Shown one piece after another: positions 26,105-36,519 of a stretch of DNA of 64,000 nt; position 1 is the first letter of the stretch, and every line of letters starts with the position of its first letter. The notes beneath the pieces were generated by a model that did not search any database, was not told the origin of the DNA, and saw only the letters and a list, made by a program, of their open reading frames with translations. A program made the position numbers and the translations under genes. Origin of the DNA: Pecten maximus (lineage: Eukaryota). The stretch is from contig NC_047028.1 of NCBI RefSeq assembly GCF_902652985.1, forward strand, positions 21,328,001-21,392,000, written 5' to 3'.

Positions 26105-27369
26105 AACCGTAATTCTAACTCTTAATATAAAACACGAGCAACATACGAACACAGACAATAGAAAAAGTACAATGCGATTAGGACCAGGTGTTCCGGCAGA
26201 GTAAGCAACTTCTAACTCATCGACGTCACCCGTTATGATAGGTCAATCGCATGTGATGTCACATGCTCATCCTCAAAATGGCGACAACAGACCTATGAAT
26301 CTCATCCATGAACACCTGTCACATCGAACAAGGAAGATGAATACCGCCAATTGGAGTAACGATTTCGACAATAAACGTTCTCATAGTCTTCGAAACAGCG
26401 ATACGAGGTAAAATTGACAACCAAAAAAAAAAAATAAAAATTATAAAAAAGACGATATTACCCAAATCCAGCTGTTCCAGAAGAATGGTCGTCGTCTGCA
26501 TCATCGATAACGCGCGATTAATTCTAGGTCAAAGGAAGACCAGCTTGGTGGCTATTTAAACACTGACCAATAGGAACTCAAACATATCGTACAATGTGAT
26601 CAGGATTACTCATAAAATGGGTTATAGTCTTCATAGTTTTCTTATCTGACAATGCTCTATCTTCGGTATAGCATGTCTCTAATTTCAAACATGCGTTTTT
26701 TTGGAGAAATACATGACTTCATTTGGTCAACCTTTATATTGACGTAGCTTGAATCATCAATGAATCAGAGCACATTTCTTGTTTTGAACGTTCCTTGGCG
26801 TTTGAAAACCTAAACAATACTTATGATACTATTAATAACACCAAGGTCAGGATGGTTTACTATTTGCGGACAAAAGCTTTGCACTCCCCTCCCCCGTTTT
26901 TTAGAGTGGGGGCAAACAAATCTGTTTTGTCCTTATAAAGCCTTATTTTCAGACATGATGTCACTTAACAATTGTTTTAAAATTTGAATAATAAAATAAA
27001 AATATAAAAATATCAATAAAATTTTAAACATTTAATACTATAATTTAATGTAAAAAAATATGTTGAACATATCTCTTGATGCCAGTCACTTTTTTGTCAA
27101 AGAATTTCATTTTTTTAAGATGTTTATTTGTAAATTATTCAAACATTGAATAAATTAATTTTCTGGAAATAAAATATGGTGAAAATACATATTGATGCCA
27201 GTCACTTTTTTGTCAAGCAAATTTTGTTTATGAAATTGATATATTTTGATAAGGTCTATTGTCCTTGTGTTATCTTATCGCCGGTATGCTGGCCTTATCA
27301 GTTCAGACAGAAATTGTACAGATAATGGAACTAAATCGACACAGTTGTCTACACCTTCACTAGGGTATA

Positions 27370-29593
27370 ATGTATTGGTTGTTTTTCGTCCTCGTCATGG
27401 GATCAATGATCCAGGTTAAGGCGGCGGAACGTTCAGTTGGAGAAATATCCGATGTCAGAAACGATGACCGGTGAGTAGCCTCCCTTTCGGGTTCTTTTTT
27501 ATTTTCCTTTCTGGATATGTATACTCTTGGCCCCTAGTATCACTGACGAGCCCAGGACGGAACAGCTGTATGATAATCCTATCATCACTGATGAGTGCTA
27601 GAAAGACGGCAGCGGTACGATGTGGCTAGCAACACTGGTGAGTCTTAGAAGGACGAATAGATGTATGATGTGCCTAGTGTCACTGATGAGTCATAGAAAG
27701 AAGAAAAGACTGTATAGTCACTGGCATGTTCTAGAAGGACGAAGCATCTATATGGTACAGTTTCAAGTCATGTTGGCTATTCTGTATCTTAAATTTACTT
27801 TGAAGGGTACAATCCTTTGACGAAGAATTACGCTTTGTCGATATTCTTCTCTGATGTTTTTAACCCCACCTTGTAGCATTACACTGGAAACAAGAAACAT
27901 TTATTTTATTTCGATATGTTTTTATTGAAATAAAAATATTATTGAAAACTTGATCTGCTTAGTAGAAAACTTCTCTGTGAATTGGAGACATGGAGTTTAT
28001 TGTCATTAGTATCTGTGCTACAAATAATACTAAATATTCGTTGCAGGACAGTGTTAACAGAGAAGTCACTGAGAAGGCTGGTTGAATCTTTGTTGGAAAG
28101 AGTGGAAAGCCAGGATGGCAAAATAGAGTCGCTCGAACAGATGGTCAAGGATAACAAAGATGATCTACAGCGCAAAGATATCCGAATTAGCCTGCTGGAA
28201 CGAGAACTGAAATTGATATCAAAGCAATCCCAGAATTTAACAAACAATCAGGACTATGTCTTCAGATCATGCTTCCAAACCTAATTGGCCTCAAAAGGAA
28301 ACCTTGAGAAGGACCAATGTAGCCACTTCTGGCCAGAAATTAGTTGAAGACGGGGAAGATTATCATACTTCAAGGATAGGTACGTTTGACGGAATCATTT
28401 TCATCTTAGCTATCTTTAGCAAAATTGAGACATCGACACATAGACTATAAACTTTATCAATTTTGCAAAAACAATTGCATTTAGTTATATGATTTATACT
28501 AATCATTCATGATTGACTCGGATTGAAGGGCGTGCTTATTCTTAATGTGGAGGGAGACCAGAGAACCTGGAACTCAAGTAACCTCCAAACCTTTTTGCGA
28601 ACTTTCGAGGAATCAAACCTCTGGCGAATAGGTTAAGGCGATATGGAGCGCCAACCGACCAACCATTAGTTTAACACTAATATTAAAAAAAGATGATTTT
28701 CTTATCCTTTGATGTTGCAGTTGTTAGACAAGGCTGGAGGACGTTTCAGTCCTCGAGGTGTACTGTAATCTGTTTATCGCGTTTAATTCATTTGTACTTA
28801 ACTTTTTTTTAATACAATATTGCAAATTACGAACTTTAGGGTACATTGTACTTCTCTAAGTTTCTTTTTTTTTTTTTTTACCTATTTCGACTTTTTTTGT
28901 CGCCTGTTTTGATCAACTGTTTAATTCCTTAGTATCACTAGCGAGTCATACAGGTATCAGGACGAAACTGCTGTTACTGCATCTAAAAGGTGCTAATATT
29001 TTGTTTGCCTTTTGTATTATTTGGCATTAGAGCTAGCAATAAATTTATATAATATCTGCTTATTCCTTATTTTTGCACCTCAGATCCTTATTTGCTTTGA
29101 TATCTAATACCTTGTGTACATTATCCAACATCAGTATCCACAACTGTTAAATTAACACGTGATCGTTCTCCTTGCAGCCCGCGTGACACCTAATGGAGCA
29201 GGAGCGTTTAGCGTTTCCTTGAGTGCCAGAGATATGACGTTACATTCCAAATTGGTGATAGTATTTGATGAAGTACTATTGGACATTGACGGAAACTACC
29301 ACACAGGAGACGGTGTGTATAGAGTTCCGGTTTCCGGGGTATACGTATTTACCTGGTGTATGACAGGGACCACCACAGACAACGTCGTGACAGAACTTAC
29401 CGTAAACGGGTCGCCACGGGGCACCATATTCTCTGATGCGGAAACAGGGCACACGTGGGATACTTCCACCGGTGTGATCGTGACGTCAGTCATTGAGGGA
29501 GATCACGTGTTTATCCGATCAAAGTCCGAAGGAATGATACACAGTAGTGGTATATATGGTAAAGCTATGTTTTCCGGATGGCGTCTAACTTAG
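27370..29593 (+). pseudogene. Secreted C1q-domain-containing protein B, paralogue of A, +1 frameshift in exon 2
   Basis: Exons 27370-27470 (MYWLFFVLVMGSMIQVKA signal, phase 2), 28047-28379 (LRRLVESLLERVE...), 29178-29593 (intact gC1q). Sum 850 nt = 3n+1; the entry frame stops at 28282-28284 while the +1 frame carries the linker homologous to gene A and reaches the phase-1 donor. Confidence 0.8.
27535..27755 (+). ncRNA. Degenerate tandem array of five minimal type I hammerhead ribozyme motifs
   Basis: 38-48-nt units (cores at 27543, 27588, 27635, 27683, 27721); consensus atca-CTGATGA-gtcc-tagaa-ggac-GAA-acagctgt-A-tgat. Confidence 0.65.
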
Positions 29594-30049
29594 AAACATC
29601 TACTCCGATATGTCAGATCGCGATGCAATTATAGGTCACGGAAGGGTTTACAAGGGAGATATCGAGGGAAAGTGACTGGAGATATAAATGTTGAAAGATC
29701 TCACTTAAGAGAAGGATATTTTTTAATTCAGAAATATGTTAGACTTAAAACATGTCATTATAATATTTTTTTAATAGGAACACTGTTATCATTTTCTTAC
29801 CAACATTGTATTTATTATTTAAAAATTACTCGACTCAAGTGGATGAGAGATCATTAACCGAACGTAACCTTTGACAGTGTGTTTAAGCTAAAGTTACATT
29901 TAACGAAGTATTCCTGTCGTCAAATCAAAAACTTTTTCTGAAGTTCACAAGAAAAATCGCATCAATGGGATTTTATTATTCATCATTGTGATTGTACAGG
30001 TAAGGTTGTGTAAGAACCAACTGTCGCTTTTGTTGTAAATGTCGCTGTT

Positions 30050-30648
30050 TTGATTAAATTCCATTGTTCTTATACTGTTTGATTGTTTTTTGCTACCGTC
30101 CTGTGATGGTGCCAAAATAATTGGTCGCTGAATGAAACATATCGTGGGGTTGATAGTCGGTCTGCTTACATTGGCTCGCTAGCTTGTTGTCTGTGATGTC
30201 ACAATTCGTAGAGGTAAAATTGGGGAAATCAATTGCCAATAAAATCGACCAAATGAGAGATTCGAATGTCAATACAGGATGATAGGACATTGTACTGCTT
30301 TTCCGCGCATGGGAGTGCCGTTGTTTGGTTATGTCCGATCCAGTTCCTTTTACGTTGCTTTTTGGCAGAATCTCTCTGCGTTTTGGAAGGCCCACGCTTT
30401 TGGCCTTCCGCCATTTTGTGTTGACAGATAACCCGCCTGTTGCATTGTGGGACTAATTTGCATAGTAACCTGGTCCGCGGACCCAGTTATTATTTTTAGG
30501 AATTTCCCGTATATTTTCATAAATATTATTTTCTTCCAGTTTTTGTTTCACGATAATTTGTTAGGTATATATTAAGTCTGAAGACTATAAAGAGGTCAAA
30601 ATGTAAACATTTATTTATTTCTTTGGGAGTAGGACCTATGGGGCTTTA
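30050..30648 (-). mobile_element. Probable decayed DNA-transposon end (Kolobok-like) with internal promoter and basic ORF remnant
   Basis: GC-richer island with GCCATTTT, TGCATTGTGGGA and ATTTGCAT motifs in front of MAEGQKRGPSKTQRDSAKKQRKR; terminus-like ggacctatggggctttac. The other end was not found. Confidence 0.3.
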
Positions 30649-33600
30649 CCATCAAATTTTATCTCTCGCATATATTTTTTTCAGCATCACTACCGAGCTT
30701 CTACATACCCATCTATCTTACTATAACTGCCTACCAAAACAACGCTGTATGTAGTGTAAAATGAAATTAAATGTTGATTAGTTTTATAGAGTTTTAAATG
30801 TCACTGTATAATAAAATAAAAATTAAAAAAAATAAAATCCCGGCTGTTTACAAACATATTCTGGGACATGATGTGAGGTGATATTCTCCAAAATGTCAAA
30901 AATGATGCTGAATTGCTGATAAAATGTAAAAAAAAAATATATAACCATGCAATATAAAGCCTGTATATATCTGATATGATAGGATAAACAGTGTTGGACT
31001 CGGTAATGGTTTCATCGACCCGTAACTTCAACTGGTAATTGGGGTATGAAGATAATGAACACATTATCCTATATAAAGATTAATTGTTTTTTAATTGATA
31101 TATAGTATTTTTATCAATCTCATAAAAGAGAACATACTGGACGGTTTGTTGCAGTATATTTCGATGACGTTTTTATCGAGCGTGTGCGATGATAGATGTG
31201 GTCAGTTTCCGTGGGTTCGGGACAGGTGATGGATAGCAGCAGCACGTGCCTCCACGTGATAGTGGTCAGCTGTTTTCCAATAGTACGTTATACATGTACA
31301 GTACATGACAATGCTCAGCTGTATCGGTCATCAGATAATATCTACACATAACTAAACGTCAGTCGTGATTAATGTATGTGGTCAGTAAAGTCTACTGGGA
31401 AGAGGACCGTGTTATTTCTGCACGTGCAAGAACAAAGAGAACAGGTAAATATATAAAAATATATAGATATTAGATCTACTTGATATGCATATAAATGTAG
31501 ATGTAAATAAGTATGTAATCAACTTTTATCAATGCAATTGTATGTTGTATACCATGCCACCATGCCATCAATTAATGAGATCAATAGAATCTTGCATTCG
31601 TGTAGCTGTAGGGTTGGGGGTTGGAGTTGGGGTTGGAGACTGGGGTTGGCTAACCATTCTAGTGGAAAAAATAAACCAGTTTAATAGGGAAATACATTTG
31701 AGAATTTGCGCTTTTTTTCTTATAGATATGAGTTTCTATGATAAAAAGAATCTTGCACTTGTTAAATGATTTGATATGCTGATGTTCTAAAAGTTTGTTA
31801 AATATTAAGAAAATATATTATAAAGAATATTATTGATACTTACGAAAGATGCGCAATACCGATACCGTAGAGACTATTATTATCACACAACAATTATATA
31901 TATGCTATTTATATAGCATACAATTAAAGTAGGAGTATGGTTGTACATATATCAAAATAATCACGTATATGTCACTATATAATCCTTTCATTTGAAACTG
32001 AATATACAAAGGGATTGGGCACAATTTATACAATTCATATTAAGCCCTTTCCCGATAAAATTAACCATAAGCATTACAGCAAGATGACACATTTATTTAC
32101 ATATTTACAAATTGTTTTTGTATGGTAATGACCAGTTATAAACAATATCAGTTTACAATGTTTTCGTTAATAAAAATAATAAACGACTTTCTGTCTTCAC
32201 GTCAACGATTAAGATAAAACAGACGTCCAAAAATATTTAACCCTGGTCCGGCTACGTCTTCCTTTGACCAAGTGAAAATGTTAACATATGTTTAAAATCC
32301 ACGATATATGTTTCTGTTGCCACAGGTATGTTTAGAGTACAGAGATAGCGGTCGTTCTGAAGATCTATGTAGTGATTATAAATAATTACTAAAGTACAAC
32401 TGTACCTTTTGAAAGTAGAAGTCATGTTTTCGGGCAAGAGCTATTACTCTTTTGACGAAAGAGCGTAAACATTTTAATCCAGATGTGAGAATGATGTTAA
32501 CATAAGCCGCCAATACTGGTACTCGTGTTTCACCGACAGCAACAGTATGGTAACACAATGGCTGTCTGCTCTAGACTTTACGCAATGTACGCCAGAATCT
32601 ATTTCGTGCGCCTTAACATTGATTTATGCTATAGAATATTATCTTAATGGTTTCACCATCTGACCACTTTGTTAATGAAAAATGGCGTCACTTTGATTGG
32701 TTCTGTTGTAAAGTGTTATCGTGGATTAACATTACAGCCATATTGGATTGCTACAGAAGCTGTGCGTTATCGTAAGTAGCGTGAATAGTGTAATGATTTT
32801 CATATATTTTGAAAGATTTTTTTTTATATACATTTATACTTAAAGGTTTTATATAAATCAGTGCAATTCTAAAATTTCAATAGAATGTGATAAGGTGTAC
32901 ATGTACTTGTCAAAACAAGAGAATATGTGATGTAATAACTAAGATATTGTAACTGTCCTGTAATTAGGTATAACACCTGTAATAGTTATTTTGCTAGGAA
33001 TGATATCGAGAGTGAAATTGTTGTAACTATCCTGTTATCAGAGTTTTAACGCCTATAACATTACAGTTGTTAGGAATGATATCGAAGGTGAAATTGTTGT
33101 AACTATCCTGTAAGTGAGTGAGTTTATTTGCCGTTTCCGCATGAATGTTCGAAAACATATCTTAGCGATGTGGTAAACACACTATTACACGTATATCTAT
33201 TTCATATGAAATTGATACTCCTAACGCACGCCAATCAATCAAGCAATGGTAGTGTTTTAATTACTGTTAAGATATTTCGTGATGAGAAGCTATTTCTAAT
33301 GGTTTCGTGATGAAAATTGTTATTGATACCTCATATTAAACAATACTATTTACTTAAGTGAACTATAAATGTTCATTCTAAGTCTATATTCATACACACA
33401 GTGAGCATTTCTTGTTGACATGTGATGGATGTGTTCCTATTAAATAATTTAAGGAAATAAAATAATATCAAATAATGTTTGCATTCATGTGTTGGCGTAC
33501 TTAACAGTTACATCAATATTGAATCAAAATAGATGATGAATTTGTGCTGGCTGTAACTAACACGATAATTTCACTCATCTGCCAACACGTATTCTTCAAA

Positions 33601-34559
33601 CGCTGGTTTACCTTACCCAGGGGAAATCAAGTTTCCAATCAAGGTTCGGGTGTCTCTTTGTCAGGCAGTGTTCGGGAATTTGCAGATTGGTTGCGTGATT
33701 GGTTGGGAGATGAAGCGTTGTTGCTGAGGATACTTGTCAAAGTTAGGAATAAAAACAAATCGAAACAATTTACAATTATTCACATAACCCGATTTTCGTG
33801 ATGTTCGAATGTAATCGGTCGAATTATTGAAACGCCAACAACTAGAATATTATGTCTTCTTTGAGTAGTGAACAAAGCCAGGTCATTTTATCACTAAGAC
33901 AATGGTCATCTATATAGGGAAATAATGCTGAATTTTAAAAACGAACAAATATTTACAAAGTTGCACAAATATGCCGTTGATTTCAGGTTCTACAGATCTA
34001 AAATAACACATAATCTCTATGGGTGAAATTGGAGGACTTTTCAAGGTCTCTCTTAACTGTTCTGATAGAAAAAATCTCTTTTTAATGTAATCAGCTTCGT
34101 ATGAAAATAAATACAAGTCGACAGTTTGTTCCCATTGGTATATTAATCTACTGGAAGATCTTATCACTAAACTCTAAAAGATGTTGACGATTAGAAATTC
34201 AATCATTCTCGCGATTCCGTCCCCGGTGTATTTCCTATGGGCCCTAATCGTATATTTAACGAAACGTTTCAGTATAGTTTACACATTGTTCCTATAACGA
34301 CAGTAAAACGTTTGGGTGTCTAAGATTAATCAAAAGATCTTATGAGTTTTTCAAATTCTGTTTCCCGTTTATTCCAATTCTGAAGTAAACGTTATCCCAG
34401 GAGGACGTTTCTAAGACTGCTTTAAGTTTGGATGGAGGTTTAATTGAGCAACTTCTCTTGACAGCCATAAAACGTTATTAAGAAAATATAAGAATTCCCC
34501 GGAAGTGGCTGTGTCTTCTGCGCAGAAAGTTGAGTGATTACGAGAATTGTTATACGGAT

Positions 34560-35070
34560 TTTTTATCGATGTGAACCGTGACATTGGCCTTTAACCTTTG
34601 GACCAGTAAAAAAATCCCATGCAAGAACTTGTAGGAAGGAAAAACTACATAAAATTTGAGTTTGATGGGCCCAAAGGAACCTGGGCTATTACAAGAAAAC
34701 GTGTTTTCTTCTATTTTTAGCAACAGTGACCTTTACCTCCGACCGTGGGACCTGAAAAGCAAGTATTTTTAGTTTGAGCTTGAGTTCGATCGGCCCAAGG
34801 GAACTTGAGTTATCGCTCGGAAACAAATTTTCTATTTTTAAAAAACAGTGACCTTGACCGTCGATCTTCGGACCTTTGGTTAGGAAGATCTGCATGAAGT
34901 TTGAGTTTGGTAGGCCCAAGGGAACATGAGTAATTTGACGGAAGCGAATTTTCTAATTTTAGTACGAGTGATCTTCACCTTCAAAAGATTGTAACGCTGA
35001 AAATGATTGCTCAGTATTTCGTCTTTAGAAAAACCGGACGGTATGGTGACCCTGGTTATCAAGCTAACCT
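34560..35070 (-). mobile_element. Helentron/HINE-type bivalve repeat fragment
   Basis: Recurrent gtgaccttgacc / aagtttgag / ggcccaaggga subrepeats of ~120 bp; similar motifs at ~50440-50640. Confidence 0.45.
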
Positions 35071-35979
35071 AATTTTATGTTTTTTTGTTGTTGTTTTTTT
35101 CTTCCAAAAAGGGTCAACAGAGGAAGATGAAATCACCGGATGCCTAAATGCAGGCACAGTAAAAAACACCTGTCATATAGATCTTTTAGCGCAGTTTTAA
35201 CATCGGAATCAAGAAATACATATTTGTGTTGTTAATTCTTTTAAGAAGTATAGACCCTATATATATATATATAATACACTCCGACATTGAGTCCATGTTG
35301 TAAGTTCTCGTTTTACCCATTTTCTAGTATACTCTTCGATGGAGTCCATTCACTTTTTATCATAAATAAAATTCATACTCCATTTAATTGAAGGGGTCTC
35401 TGGATAAGTCGGAATGCTCTCTTTGCTTTTCATTTAACGTAAATAAACATCGCCAGATACGACGTGTCCAACTGGACCATAAATATCGTTATAAGTAGTA
35501 CAGGAGTATGTCGTCATCGGAGGAGGAGTTTCGAAGGTAATAAAAATTGAACGTTTGTAGCGTTTTCTTGCAATAAAAGAGTTTGGAAGCAATTGGGTTA
35601 GAACAACGGTACGAAAATTAATGATAAAATTGTTTTCGTATCGAAGTACAAAAGTATGTTACTTGGGCAGATTTATCATGAAGAATACGGCTAATGACAA
35701 TGGAATTTATTCCTTTGTTGGCAAATAAACTTCCTAAAGTGGCGAATAGATAGATCTCTGTTGCCATCTATACTGAAAGTCTTGAAAAGTCTATTTTTTG
35801 TAAAATCGTCAATACTTCAGTTTACTGGCTTATTTCCCTTAAATGCAAGAAACAATTATAGCTGAACCCTTCTGTAATGTACGTAACACTTGACAGTGGA
35901 TGCATGTTAAAACCTAGTTATTATGATATTGTAATGATAGATTGTCAGAGAATGACGTCATCGTAATTGCTATATTTAA

Positions 35980-36432
35980 AGAGGCTTACCCGCAGACGGA
36001 CCGGTAAACGGCACATCTCCGATCACTAAATAAACTTCAGTACACGTTTCTATGTGACAAAATTAGAGGCTTTCCGACTTTATTTCTTGAAAACAATTAC
36101 AGAATATGTATTTAAAAGACGTTTTAAAACTCAACCTGAGAGGGAAATGTATGGAATATAACGGCAAATCTTCTTTGTAAATCGCCGCTGCCTTTGAAGT
36201 TATCACTGTGCGGCACTGTACACGTGCTTGTTTCTTTGATGTGTCAATCAAATTAGACTTATTGCGGGTTGCGATTAAATAAATAATATTAAAAATGAGG
36301 TTTTAATATCACTTTTCAGCGTTTTATAAGGAAAATAAAATGAAAAACTCAACAATTCCAACAATCTGTCATGTGTAAAAAAAATCTTTTTCTATTAGCC
36401 AATTTTTCTGATCTCTCTGCGGGCAAGCCTCT
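35980..36432. mobile_element. Kolobok-like non-autonomous DNA transposon
   Basis: TIRs AGAGGCTTACCCGCAGA / TCTGCGGGCAAGCCTCT flanked on both sides by TTAA (35976-35979, 36433-36436). Confidence 0.8.
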
Positions 36433-36503
36433 TTAACAGTTGTTGTTATATTTTAACAGTTGTTGTTATATTTTAACAGTTGTTGTTATATTTTAACAGT
36501 TGT
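36432..36503 (+). repeat. 20-bp tandem repeat containing four copies of a 3' splice site
   Basis: tttaacag|ttgttgttatat x3.5; AGs end at 36439, 36459, 36479, 36499. Confidence 0.9.
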
Positions 36504-36519
36504 CCCCCGTGAGTATCCG

